Assembly (NCBI GenBank): GCA_903916255.1
Contig: CAIWVW010000006.1
Span: 24,026-88,025, forward strand
Source: an uncultured Bacteroidota bacterium
GTDB lineage: Bacteria > Bacteroidota > Bacteroidia > JABEUT01
Length of the DNA stretch: 64,000 nucleotides
Reading direction: 5' to 3'
The notes under the pieces are model-generated. The model worked only from the letters and a program-made list of their open reading frames with translations, was not told where the DNA came from and made no database searches. Position numbers and translations under genes: made by a program. Shown in pieces: positions 8,370 to 18,241 of the stretch. Each line of letters opens with the position of its first letter. Within the stretch, counting starts at the first letter, position 1.

Positions 8370-10055
8370 CTATCTCTTTTTCCTGTAATACAAATTTCTG
8401 TACAACATAGTATTCGCACTATCTCCTGTTGCTTGATAATATTGAAACAGTACCTTATAAGGCTGTGCAAAACCGGAATCCATAGAAATTGATTTTTTCC
8501 ATAGGCGCACTCCTTCTGCATAATTGGTATCCCCCTGAAAAACTACTAAGCCTAAATTAAATACGGCAATATTATTATTCGGGTGTTTTGCAATTTCAAT
8601 TTTCAATTCTTTTTCCGCCTCTGGGTACATATTCATGTGGATATAATCGCCTGCAATATTGCTGTGCGTCATGGAAGAATTGGAATCTCTTTTCAATGCT
8701 TCGCGATATGCATCCAATGCATCTTTGTAATCACCTATTTCATCATAATGCTGGGCAAGATAAAGACAGGGAAGTGCCAGTTTGGGCGATGTTTCCATTG
8801 CACTTTTATTAAAGCTGAAACGGTCGTGGAAAATGGGCAAGTGTTCGACTGACAAGGCATAAAAACCAATAATGACAACAATAAGCGATGCAAGCCCTGC
8901 AATGTTTTTTAGCTGCAAAGGTTTCAATGATGCGCTTTTTACCCAATCGAATTGTGTTGAAACAAATATGACACCCATTAAAGGGAGGTAGGCCCTGTGT
9001 TCAAGCCCGGTGAAGCCGGATAAAAAGGATGGTAATAGGAAAAGCAGAAACCAACAAATGCCAAAAGCAACCAATGATTTGTTTTTCCCTTTGCTTAAAA
9101 ACACACAGGCAGCTATTATGCCAATGGCAAGAAACCCTAAAAAATAATTAGTGTCTGCCGCGGTTGACATAACCGAAAGGTTAAAAGGCAAAATGGCTTT
9201 GCCTGCATATTGGATAAAGTATGGTGTGTTAGATAAAAATTGGTGGATAAAACTCCCGAATGAACTATTGCTGTTGTTTTCCGCAAGCGCATGCTGGCGG
9301 ATGAACAGCCATGGTATAATGCAAAGCAGATAGGCGATTCCAAGGTTTTTGTAAATAGGGTTTTTTAACGGTTCGTTATATACAAAACGCAGTAAAATGA
9401 AAACAACAGGAATAAACATAACCGCATTTTCTTTGGTGAAGAGGGCAATTACAAAAAACAGGATATGTGTCGTAAACAACCAGGTTTTATTTTGTTTTCT
9501 ATACTTCAAAAGAGATAAGAGTGAGAGCAAAATAAATATGGCCAACAATGAATCATTCCGTCCTGGTATCCATGCAACGGCTTGGTTTAGCAATGGGTGA
9601 ACCGTGAAAATAAGCGATAACAGCAAAGAGGGCAGGGGAGGGATGTTCAGTTCCAATAACAGCAATAATAAAAGAATGCAGGCAATAGTGTGGTAAAATA
9701 TATTAGCCTCTAAAAAGGGTTTTGGTTTCGGATATTCACCGACGGCGGGAGAAATTTGAGCATCGAGCATGAATGAGAAAATCATTACGGGGCGATAGTA
9801 AGAAGCAAGGGTATCTTTTTGCCCTGTTTCCTGAAAAACCCCTTGCGTAAATGCTTTTGGAGTATTTGAAATATTTTTGAGGAAGGGGTAGTTTTTTACG
9901 ATTATGGTCATATCATCCAAATCCAAAAAGTCGTTATCCTCGGATTTATGATAAAGGGAAAAAGAGAATATGCAAATCAAAAGAATAGCCAAAGGAAGGA
10001 ACCATTTATGGGTTTGTTTATCCCCTCCGGTTTTTGTATTTTCCTTTCCCTTCAT
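8370..10055 (-). CDS. TMTC-like GT-C membrane protein with C-terminal TPRs
   Basis: LDDMTII, YYRPV, HPLLNQAVAWIPGRND, TKENAV, EHRAYLP motifs; TPR-like C-terminus. Confidence 0.85.
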   Translation of the reverse strand: MKGKENTKTGGDKQTHKWFLPLAILLICIFSFSLYHKSEDNDFLDLDDMTIIVKNYPFLKNISNTPKAFTQGVFQETGQKDTLASYYRPVMIFSFMLDAQISPAVGEYPKPKPFLEANIFYHTIACILLLLLLLELNIPPLPSLLLSLIFTVHPLLNQAVAWIPGRNDSLLAIFILLSLLSLLKYRKQNKTWLFTTHILFFVIALFTKENAVMFIPVVFILLRFVYNEPLKNPIYKNLGIAYLLCIIPWLFIRQHALAENNSNSSFGSFIHQFLSNTPYFIQYAGKAILPFNLSVMSTAADTNYFLGFLAIGIIAACVFLSKGKNKSLVAFGICWFLLFLLPSFLSGFTGLEHRAYLPLMGVIFVSTQFDWVKSASLKPLQLKNIAGLASLIVVIIGFYALSVEHLPIFHDRFSFNKSAMETSPKLALPCLYLAQHYDEIGDYKDALDAYREALKRDSNSSMTHSNIAGDYIHMNMYPEAEKELKIEIAKHPNNNIAVFNLGLVVFQGDTNYAEGVRLWKKSISMDSGFAQPYKVLFQYYQATGDSANTMLYRNLYYRKKR

Positions 10056-10097
10056 AAGGGGGTAAAGGTATCAAATTTAAGAATCGGGAATTATAAT

Positions 10098-10769
10098 CTA
10101 TTCGTCTTCCTTACGGAAAATGATATTGCTGACAAACAGGGTTCCGTTCCACTGAAACTCAATAGTGTCGCCGATTAACCATTTTTTATACTTTTCATTT
10201 TCCAAAGTCATTTGAAAATTGATTTTATCTGCCGATTGAATACCCAAGTCGAAAGTGCAATAAGATATTTTACCGATTAAGGATTTTATAGAGTCCGGTG
10301 TTTCCGGTTTAACAAATATGGAATAGCCGAGGTTTTCCTGAATAAGATGCTCCTGATTTTCTTCCAGCGATTTCCCTTTAATATCGTATGCTTTAAAAAC
10401 GTATTTGTCATTTTTATTCACAATATCTCCATCCGTTGTGAAAAATAAAACATATATATTGGCTGCAAGTTTAAATTTCTTTAAGGTGTAAGTAATGTTT
10501 ATTCCTTTACCATTCGAAGAGCTGTATTCGTATGATAAATAATTGTCGGTGGCTGTATCCACGGCATAATCGATTTCGTCTTCGTCTCTTTTCCCTGAAA
10601 TGGTGTATTCACCTTCTTTTATTAAAGCTTTGCGCCCGCTTTCATCCAGGCCGGGAGTGGCATCATCCGGCAGCATCAATAATAAATCGCGCATGGATTG
10701 AGCCGGAGCATATGTGGAAAAAGCGAGTAGCACAAACAATATAATCCGGCAGGATGCAGGTAATTTCAT
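10098..10769 (-). CDS. Hypothetical secreted protein (weak DUF3256-like N-terminus)
   Basis: ATG at 10769 gives signal peptide MKLPASCRIILFVLLAFSTYAPAQ; mature start QSMRDLLLMLPD; family call tentative. Confidence 0.7.
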   Translation of the reverse strand: MKLPASCRIILFVLLAFSTYAPAQSMRDLLLMLPDDATPGLDESGRKALIKEGEYTISGKRDEDEIDYAVDTATDNYLSYEYSSSNGKGINITYTLKKFKLAANIYVLFFTTDGDIVNKNDKYVFKAYDIKGKSLEENQEHLIQENLGYSIFVKPETPDSIKSLIGKISYCTFDLGIQSADKINFQMTLENEKYKKWLIGDTIEFQWNGTLFVSNIIFRKEDE

Positions 10770-10868
10770 TATAGCGAAAATGGTAAATTCAGGCACGCTA
10801 AAATATTATGTAATTAAACGACGGGAATGCCTGCAGTGCGATTGTTATTAACGGACTGATGTGTATGG

Positions 10869-11987
10869 TCAGGTCGTTTTCCTGTAATTAAGAACGGCCC
10901 AGGTGTTTAGCACTATACCCATCAACAACACAATTAATATGTGCGGCAGGATATCATGGAAATGGCTCCCTTTAATTACAATCATCCGCATAACTTGTAT
11001 GAAATAAGAGATTGGGATAACTTCGGTTATTACTTTCGCCCAACCCGGCATACTGTCGATTGGTGTGTAAAGGCCTCCCATCATGTTAAATATCTGCATG
11101 AAAAAGAAGGTAAGCGAATTAGCCTGCATGGGTGTTTCGGAATAGGTGGAAATCAATAACCCAAAGCCCATAATTGCGATGAGGTAAACGGAAACAAAAA
11201 GATATAGCAGTGCAATACTTCCCAATGGGATAATGCCATATACAGCCCAGGCAATAACCAACCCAAGCGTAAATACAATAACACCCAACACCCAGAAGGG
11301 TATTAGTTTCCCAAGGATGAAGAGGTATTTTTTTACAGGAGTAACATTAATTTGTTCAATGGTGCCTTTTTCTTTTTCTATTACAATATTTTGGGATGTC
11401 ATATTGCCGCCTATAAGGGTTACCAGCAATACCAGTATGCCCGGAACCATAAAAAGGTAATAAGAAAGATTAGGGTTGTACCAGTTGGATGATTCCACAT
11501 CGATGGTGGGCATTGGGCTCATTTTTGACGGCTGCATCCAATCCAATCGTATCTGTCCGTTAAAATCTTGTATGATGTTTGTTAAATAACCACTGCCTAC
11601 TGCGGCTTTCACACCATTAATAGCATCAACTGAAAGTGAAACGGTTTGGCTTTGTTCTGTATTCAATTTGCTTTCAAAGCCTTGGGGGATTTCAATAATA
11701 ATATCTGCTTTATCGCTTTCAATAAGTTGGTAAGCCTTGTCATACGACTGGCTGAAGGCCGCCAGTTTGAAATAACCGGAGGACAACACTTTATTGACAA
11801 ACTTTTGCGAATAGGTCGAACGGTCAAGGTCAACCACAGCAATATTGATATTCCTGATGGTATAGTTAGCTGCCTGCGGTAAAATTATTAATTGAATAAT
11901 AGGCGTCATGAACATCATCCGCAATATGTTTTTGTTACGGAAAATCTGCCGGAACTCCTTTTGCAATAAAAATTTCAGCGTTCTCAT
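10869..11987 (-). CDS. ABC-2 type permease (YbhR-like)
   Basis: KEFRQIFR, WYNPNL, MVPGIL, EKEKGTIEQINVTP motifs. Confidence 0.93.
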   Translation of the reverse strand: MRTLKFLLQKEFRQIFRNKNILRMMFMTPIIQLIILPQAANYTIRNINIAVVDLDRSTYSQKFVNKVLSSGYFKLAAFSQSYDKAYQLIESDKADIIIEIPQGFESKLNTEQSQTVSLSVDAINGVKAAVGSGYLTNIIQDFNGQIRLDWMQPSKMSPMPTIDVESSNWYNPNLSYYLFMVPGILVLLVTLIGGNMTSQNIVIEKEKGTIEQINVTPVKKYLFILGKLIPFWVLGVIVFTLGLVIAWAVYGIIPLGSIALLYLFVSVYLIAIMGFGLLISTYSETPMQANSLTFFFMQIFNMMGGLYTPIDSMPGWAKVITEVIPISYFIQVMRMIVIKGSHFHDILPHILIVLLMGIVLNTWAVLNYRKTT

Positions 11988-13093
11988 TATTCCAGGCGGG
12001 TTTTAAAGTTGCGTAAACTAAGCGTCAGGAAAAACACAGTCATGCCAAAAAGTATCAATGTTTCCTTCCAGATATATGAAAAGCCAAGCCCTTTCAGCAT
12101 CACGTCTTTAACAATGATATAAAACCACTTGGCAGGAACTACATTTGAAAGGATTCGCAACACTAAAGGCATGTTTTCAATAGGGAAAATATATCCGCTT
12201 AGCATCATGGTGGGAAGCATCATTCCAACAAGGGAAAGGGTCATAGCGCCATATTGCGACTTGGCTCCTGTGGAAACCAACAGCCCCAGAGCAAGACTTG
12301 TAATAATGTACAAAGTGCTTACAGCATAAAGTAAAAGCAGGCTGCCTTTAATAGGAAGGCCCAATGCAAAGTAACTAAGCAATAAAATTACCGTTAGGTT
12401 AATAAGCGATAGAACCAGATAGGGGACTGCTTTTGCGAGAATCACATACAGCGGCTTGAATGGCGATACCAGCAATACCTCCATGGTTCCTAATTCTTTT
12501 TCCCGGACAATGGAGATGGATGTCATCATTACGCAAATAAGCAACATCACCATGGCAATTACGCCGGGCACAAAGTTTGGGGCACCTTTCAAATCAGGGT
12601 TGTAAAGCATCCGTACATCCAAATTAATTTGTTCGGGCACATCAATAGTTGCATTCATCTGCGATTGGTAGTCGGCTATAATTCCATTTACATAATTGGT
12701 TAGGGTAGTAGCCGTATTGGGGTCGGATGCATCGGCAATAATCTGAATCTGTGCTTTATTTGTATGCAACAAATCGGTGTAGAAGTTTGCAGGGAAAACA
12801 ATGGCCAGTTTAATATCACCTGATTTGAAAGCAGCATCAATCTGCGATGCATTCATTAATTCCCTGCTTATTTTAAAATAAGTGGTGCTTGCTAATTTAG
12901 TGATGATTTGCTGGGAAGCCAAATCCTTTGCATTATCCACAATTACAATATTCGAGTTTTTAATTTCATTGGTAAGTGCAAACCCGAACAGCACAATCTG
13001 CACAACAGGTACGCCAAACAGCATCAGCAAAGTTTTCCTGTCGCGGAAAACGTGCGAAAATTCTTTGCTTATGAATGATAGGAATTGTTTCAT
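11987..13093 (-). CDS. ABC-2 type permease (YbhS-like)
   Basis: KEFSHVFRD, MLYNP, FVPG, REKELGTMEVLLVSP motifs. Confidence 0.93.
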   Translation of the reverse strand: MKQFLSFISKEFSHVFRDRKTLLMLFGVPVVQIVLFGFALTNEIKNSNIVIVDNAKDLASQQIITKLASTTYFKISRELMNASQIDAAFKSGDIKLAIVFPANFYTDLLHTNKAQIQIIADASDPNTATTLTNYVNGIIADYQSQMNATIDVPEQINLDVRMLYNPDLKGAPNFVPGVIAMVMLLICVMMTSISIVREKELGTMEVLLVSPFKPLYVILAKAVPYLVLSLINLTVILLLSYFALGLPIKGSLLLLYAVSTLYIITSLALGLLVSTGAKSQYGAMTLSLVGMMLPTMMLSGYIFPIENMPLVLRILSNVVPAKWFYIIVKDVMLKGLGFSYIWKETLILFGMTVFFLTLSLRNFKTRLE

Positions 13094-13102
13094 AATTTCT
13101 CT

Positions 13103-13855
13103 TTAATCGTCTCCCCGTTTTGCTGTCCTGGCTAATTGATAGAACACTTCTGTTATATTATCTACTTTAAAATTCTGCTTTAGCTGATAGGGCGTATCCA
13201 ATGCTTTAATTTTCCCATCCACCATTATGCAGATGCGGTCGCAATACTCGGCTTCATCAAGGTAGTGCGTGGTGACAAAAATGGTAATTCCCCTTTCAGA
13301 TGCATCATAGATCATGTCCCAAAACTGCTTGCGTGTGGAAGGGTCAACTCCTCCGGTGGGCTCATCTAAAAATACAATTTTAGGCTGATGCACTATTGCT
13401 ACGGAAAAAGCCAATTTCTGCCTCCAGCCAAGCGGCAGAAGGCTTACCAATGTATTCGCCTGGCTTTGCAAATCAAGTTTAGTAATTAACTCTTCGCTTT
13501 TGTCTTTTATCTGTTTATCGGTCAAACCATAAATACCTGCGTAAAACTTAATGTTCTCCAGCACGGTTAAGTCTTCATATAAAGAGAACTTCTGGCTCAT
13601 GTAGCCTATGTTTTTCTTTATGTCTTCCGGGTTGTGGTAAACATCTATCCCTGCAACCTCGGCCTCGCCGGAAGTGGGGCGTGATAAGCCGCAAAGCATC
13701 CGCATGGCGGTGGTTTTTCCTGCACCGTTTGCACCGAGGAAACCAAATATCTCCCCCTTATGGACCTCGAATGAGATTTTGTCCACAGCAATGAAATCAC
13801 CAAATTTCTTGGTGAGTTCTTTGGTTCTAATTACGGTTTCCTTCTTTGTTCCCAT
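13103..13855 (-). CDS. ABC transporter ATP-binding protein
   Basis: Walker A GANGAGKTT; LPLGWRQK signature; Walker B IVFLDEPT; ATG at 13855 preferred. Confidence 0.93.
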   Translation of the reverse strand: MGTKKETVIRTKELTKKFGDFIAVDKISFEVHKGEIFGFLGANGAGKTTAMRMLCGLSRPTSGEAEVAGIDVYHNPEDIKKNIGYMSQKFSLYEDLTVLENIKFYAGIYGLTDKQIKDKSEELITKLDLQSQANTLVSLLPLGWRQKLAFSVAIVHQPKIVFLDEPTGGVDPSTRKQFWDMIYDASERGITIFVTTHYLDEAEYCDRICIMVDGKIKALDTPYQLKQNFKVDNITEVFYQLARTAKRGDD

Positions 13856-14777
13856 CCTTATTTCCAAGTAACCGTATAAAGCAATCTTCCACGGTTGGTA
13901 TTGTTTCTTTAAATATTAAATCAGTATCTCCACGTTCCTGTAAAAAATTTAATAATTGGGCTTCGCTTTCTTTTCCTTCGTGCTTTAATGATAAGTGAAT
14001 ATACTCCCCTGCCGCATAGCAAGTAAGGATGTCCTCATTGGCACGTACGTCTTTCAACAAGCCATGCATGTTGGAAGACTTGATGGCATAAAGCTTTTCG
14101 GGGTAAGCCTTAATAACATTGGCCGGGGTATCCATCGATAATATTTTGCCTTCAATCATTAATGCTATGCGGTCGCACAGGGTTGCCTCATCCATGTAGG
14201 ATGTTGAAACCATAATAGTAATACCCTGCGCTTTCAAGCGTTTCAGCATTTCCCAAAATTCCTTGCGGGAAACCACATCCACCCCTGTGGTGGGCTCATC
14301 TAAAAACAGCACTTCGGGCTTATGTATAAGTGCGCAGCACAGTGCAAGTTTCTGCTTCATCCCACCTGATAGTTTGCCTGCCCGCCTGTTTTTAAAAGGC
14401 TCCAGCATACCATAAATATCTTTAATCTGGTCGTAATTTTCTTCAATGGTTGTACCGAAAACAGTCGCGAAAAATTTCAGGTTTTCCTCTACCGTTAAAT
14501 CCTGGTAAAGTGAAAAACGACCGGGCATATAACCTACAATCCCTCGTATTTTGTGGTAATCTTTTACAATATCATTACCTACTACGGTGCCTGTGCCCTT
14601 GTCGGGAAGCAGGAGTGTGGTAAGTAACCTGAAAATGGTTGTTTTTCCTGCGCCATCGGGGCCAATTAAACCAAATAACTCTCCTTTCTCCACCGCAAAT
14701 GAAATATCATCTACAGCCATAGTGGCTCCTTTGTTATAGGTTTTGGTTATATGGTCTAATGTAATAGCGGCGCTCAT
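13827..14777 (-). CDS. ABC transporter ATP-binding protein
   Basis: GPDGAGKTT; LSGGMKQK; LFLDEPT; overlaps next gene by 29 nt. Confidence 0.93.
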   Translation of the reverse strand: MSAAITLDHITKTYNKGATMAVDDISFAVEKGELFGLIGPDGAGKTTIFRLLTTLLLPDKGTGTVVGNDIVKDYHKIRGIVGYMPGRFSLYQDLTVEENLKFFATVFGTTIEENYDQIKDIYGMLEPFKNRRAGKLSGGMKQKLALCCALIHKPEVLFLDEPTTGVDVVSRKEFWEMLKRLKAQGITIMVSTSYMDEATLCDRIALMIEGKILSMDTPANVIKAYPEKLYAIKSSNMHGLLKDVRANEDILTCYAAGEYIHLSLKHEGKESEAQLLNFLQERGDTDLIFKETIPTVEDCFIRLLGNKDGNKEGNRN

Positions 14778-14783
14778 TTGCTT

Positions 14784-15170
14784 TTATAAAGGAAGAATGT
14801 AAAATACACTAGTTGTAATCAACCCTATAATAATTCCCGTAATTATCATTTTCCATGCTTTTGCACGGTCCTTTTGGAAATTTTCTTTTTGTTCAACTGT
14901 AAAGGTTTTACCAATGTCTCCAAAATTAAAAACACCCTTAAGCCCGAAATTCACACAAAAATGAAAATACCATTGTTGGAAGCTTATTGCTGCGGAAGTT
15001 GCAAGGGGGAATAAGGTTAGCCGCCAAAGTTTGTCGGCGTGAAGTACAATTAATAATATGATTAATACAATGCTTAATAAGGCAGAAATGTATGCAACAT
15101 TCCTTCTTGCCTTAATTTCAGCAGGGCCTATGTTGCAGGTTCCGGGTATATAGTCTCCTCCACTATTCAT
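14784..15170 (-). CDS. Small membrane protein inside the efflux operon
   Basis: 128 aa; YIPGTCNIGPAEI and FCVNFG motifs; about 3 hydrophobic segments; 6-8 nt gaps to neighbours. Confidence 0.85.
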   Translation of the reverse strand: MNSGGDYIPGTCNIGPAEIKARRNVAYISALLSIVLIILLIVLHADKLWRLTLFPLATSAAISFQQWYFHFCVNFGLKGVFNFGDIGKTFTVEQKENFQKDRAKAWKMIITGIIIGLITTSVFYILPL

Positions 15171-15178
15171 ATTTATTA

Positions 15179-16093
15179 TTATTTGGTTGTTGCGCTATTA
15201 AATTTCAAATCTCCATACATGCCTATTTTCAGGTAGCCATCGTTTATTACACGTACTTTAATGGCATAAACTAAATCAGCGCGTTCGTCCTTTGTAGGGA
15301 TGGTTTTCGGGGTGAATTCCGATTTGTCCGAAATCCAATAAATAACACCGGAATAAGACCTGTATTTATTTGCACCTTCGTCGGAGCGGACACTCACTTT
15401 TTGCCCCAGTTTAATTTCTGTTAATTGCGAACCTGTAACATAAGCCCTTAAAATCAAGGTGTCGGTTTCAGCAATCTTATAGAGTGCTTTGCCAGGAGTA
15501 ACCACTTCATGGTTTTCGGCATATTTGGTAAGCACCGTGCCATGAATCGGGTTAATGATTTTGCATTTTAAAAGCTGGTCGTCAATTTGTGCAATCTGCC
15601 TTTCCAGCGGGGTAACGTCCTTGTTTAAAGTTGTAGAGGCTATCCCCAAAGTGTTTTTTTGCGCTTCAATTTGTTTTTTTATCACATCTACCTGTGTGTT
15701 GGCATCATCCAGTTGTTGTTGGGTGGCTGCATTGGCTTTCACAAGGTTTTCCATCCGTTTCTGGTTTATTTGCGCTTCTGCAAGTTGCGATTGCAGCGAA
15801 GCCACCTGCACCGGAATATCCGGCTGCTGGCTGGTGGTAGATGCTATTTGTGCCTGCAATTGTTCTTTCCTGTCATATAGTTGAACACTGTCAACATATC
15901 CAATCCATTGGTTTTTATTCAGCGTTTGCCCTTCTTCCACATCAAACTGCATAAGAGTTCCCGATGATTCGGTGGATACTATGGTTTCTACCGATTCAAA
16001 TGCACCGGCGGCATCCCAGTCATTCTCGGCGTTATGGCAGGATGCAGCAATGAATGCTAAAGATGCTACTGCTAAAATGGATGTTACTTTCAT
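15179..16093 (-). CDS. HlyD-family periplasmic adaptor (YbhG-like), lipoprotein
   Basis: Lipobox AASC; coiled coil; SEFTPKTI..ER.DLVYAIKV motif. Confidence 0.92.
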   Translation of the reverse strand: MKVTSILAVASLAFIAASCHNAENDWDAAGAFESVETIVSTESSGTLMQFDVEEGQTLNKNQWIGYVDSVQLYDRKEQLQAQIASTTSQQPDIPVQVASLQSQLAEAQINQKRMENLVKANAATQQQLDDANTQVDVIKKQIEAQKNTLGIASTTLNKDVTPLERQIAQIDDQLLKCKIINPIHGTVLTKYAENHEVVTPGKALYKIAETDTLILRAYVTGSQLTEIKLGQKVSVRSDEGANKYRSYSGVIYWISDKSEFTPKTIPTKDERADLVYAIKVRVINDGYLKIGMYGDLKFNSATTK

Positions 16094-16113
16094 CGTTTTT
16101 AATTTTGTATGGT

Positions 16114-17391
16114 TTAATTTCCTGTTGTATTCTGGTAGCTGTATTCAGCCAGTAATAATTGTACCTGGTGCAGCAAAAGGCTTTGCTTGGCCTGGTCTTC
16201 GGCATCTAATTCGCTTATATATTCATGGATGGTGGTAACCCCGTTTTCCATCTGCGCTTTTGATGCGTCTTTCACTTCGGTGCGCTTGGCAATAATATCA
16301 TTGTCTTTGTCGAGCATGGCGTGTAGCTTCACGATGTCCGAGCTTTGCTGCTTAAGGGTTATATTGGTGTTAAAAAGGAATGTCTCTTTTTGCACATCCT
16401 GATTTTGCTTGTCAATTTCCAATATTTGTTTTTGGTTTTTCAGTGTATAATAACCTCCCAAATTCCAGCTTAAGCGGAGGCCTGTTATATAATATGCGGC
16501 AGGGTTAACATCAAAAGCATCCAGCCCCGGCATGGCATAGCCACCCTGAAAGAAGGCCAGAAACTTAGGTCGGTTTGATGCATTTAATAATTTTTCCTGC
16601 ACATCGTCATTCTTCTTCTGGAAATCATAAAAGGATAGTTCGGGCCTTTTAATACTGTCGGATGTATTTACGCTTACCGGTATTTGCAGGGAAGTGTTTT
16701 CATCCAGAGTTTGATTGGTGAATACCCCCAGCATATCAATATATGCCTTGCGGGAAGCCTATAGCTGGATTTTGTTCTGTTGCTGCTGCAATAGTTCAGC
16801 CTGGAGTTCGGCAACGGAACTGTTTGTAGCTGTGCCATTTTTCACACCTTCGTTCATTTTATCAATGCTGCTTTGTATGTCTTTTTGGGTCAGGTCATTT
16901 TGTTTTACCTGTTCATCTATCAGCAATGCACCAAAATAAATTTGGTTAATCCTATCCTTTAAGGCATACAATTGTACTTCCACGTTTTGTTCCTGTATAT
17001 TGGCGCTTGCCAAATCCGATTGTTTTTGCTGCTTGATAATACCCCCATCATATATTGTTTGGTCCACTTCGCCATGCACATTAAATTGGTCCTTGGAGAC
17101 AGTTGGGAAATTAATGTCATTAAATGGTTTTGGCAGCCCGCTCACAGAGATTGCCGTTACCGCCGACTGGTAAGTTGCCTGCCCGTTGATGTTAAATTGG
17201 GGATAATAGCCCTTGGCTGCATTTTGTATGCTGTAATCTTTGGTTTTTTCAATCAGGTCGCGCTGCTTTATAAGCGGGTATTGCTGCTTTGCCAGTTTAT
17301 AACAATCCTCAAGGGTTATGGTTTTGGGCGATTGCCCGTAACCGCTAACTCCCATTAAAATAAGGCTGAAAAGTATAAGGATATTTTTCAT
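16114..17391 (-). pseudogene. TolC-family outer membrane protein interrupted by one in-frame TAG (16759..16761)
   Basis: The two ORF-track pieces are in one frame: ...QQQQNKIQL*ASRKAYIDMLGVF...; signal peptide from ATG 17391. Confidence 0.85.
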
Positions 17392-17426
17392 CGGGTAATA
17401 ATATTTTGTAGGTATAGTTTGCATCA

Positions 17427-18047
17427 TTACTTTTTAATTTCAAGCATAGCTTTCATCCATTCGGGAATCATTTTTTTCCTTTCAAGCATTAAGCTTTCGA
17501 ATGCGGCATCATTTATATTTCTTATTCGCTGGAACATAGGGCGTGCCACAAAAGGAAAGATGGATAAGCCAACCATGTTCATCATCAGGTTGCTGGGGTC
17601 TATCTTTTTAACTTTGCCTTTTTTAATTTCCTCCATGAATTGTTTCATAAAGAAAGAATCCATGAGATTAAATTTCATCGGCAGTTTTTCGGGATTATTC
17701 CTCGCTTCATTCATAACGAACAAGGGAACATCCGGATTATCCAGCAAACGGGAAATATAAAAGTCAGCCAGCAATTCCAACTTTTTATAAAAATCTGTTC
17801 TTTCGTCATTCACTATCTCCATTACCCCCTGGAAAAAATGACCCAGGTTTTCAATCATGACTATTTCAAACAGTTTTTCCTTGCTCCTGAAATAATAATT
17901 AAGCAAGGCTAAATTAATTCCGGCTTCCTTAGCAATGTCTCTGGTCTTTGTGGCTGCAAAACCTTTTTGAGTAAAGAGTTTGCGCGCAGCACTCTTTATC
18001 TTTTCTTCTGTGGAACTGTCTGTTTTTATTTTGCCTTTGGGAAGCAT
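17427..18047 (-). CDS. TetR/AcrR family regulator
   Basis: AARKLFTQKGFAATKTRDIAKEAGINLALLNYYFRSKEKLF HTH. Confidence 0.95.
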   Translation of the reverse strand: MLPKGKIKTDSSTEEKIKSAARKLFTQKGFAATKTRDIAKEAGINLALLNYYFRSKEKLFEIVMIENLGHFFQGVMEIVNDERTDFYKKLELLADFYISRLLDNPDVPLFVMNEARNNPEKLPMKFNLMDSFFMKQFMEEIKKGKVKKIDPSNLMMNMVGLSIFPFVARPMFQRIRNINDAAFESLMLERKKMIPEWMKAMLEIKK

Positions 18048-18066
18048 CCTGTATTAATTGACAGCG

Positions 18067-18134
18067 CAAAGATATATGCAAAACAGTAGTGTTAATCATA
18101 TTATTTAATCAAATGATTAAAACTAATGATTAAC
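18067..18134 (-). promoter_or_regulatory. tetR -7 box and palindromic operator
   Basis: TATCTTTG on minus strand (18067..18074); TTTAATCA-AA-TGATTAAA (18104..18121) flanked by GTTAATCAT / ATGATTAAC. Confidence 0.7.
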
Positions 18135-18229
18135 TTGTTGAAACAGAGAAAAATAAATTTTAAAATATTTATACTTTACAACTGTTGGCAAGTTTTAAGT
18201 ATGGCATTTTCATAAAAGGCTTAAAAACG

Positions 18230-18237
18230 TATATTTG
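18230..18237 (+). promoter_or_regulatory. -7 box 4 nt before wzm start codon
   Basis: TATATTTG-ccct-GTG. Confidence 0.65.
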
Positions 18238-18241
18238 CCCT

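Noticed and set aside
16759-16761. Genome-wide TAG recoding or pyrrolysine
   Set aside because: TAG terminates other intact genes here, and no pyl genes or CUA tRNA are visible
18185-18241. N-terminal extensions in the ORF track (wzm, and likewise at 45767, 41216, 36126, 57215, 10796)
   Set aside because: Downstream starts give proper signal peptides or family N-termini, and several extensions run through -7 promoter boxes
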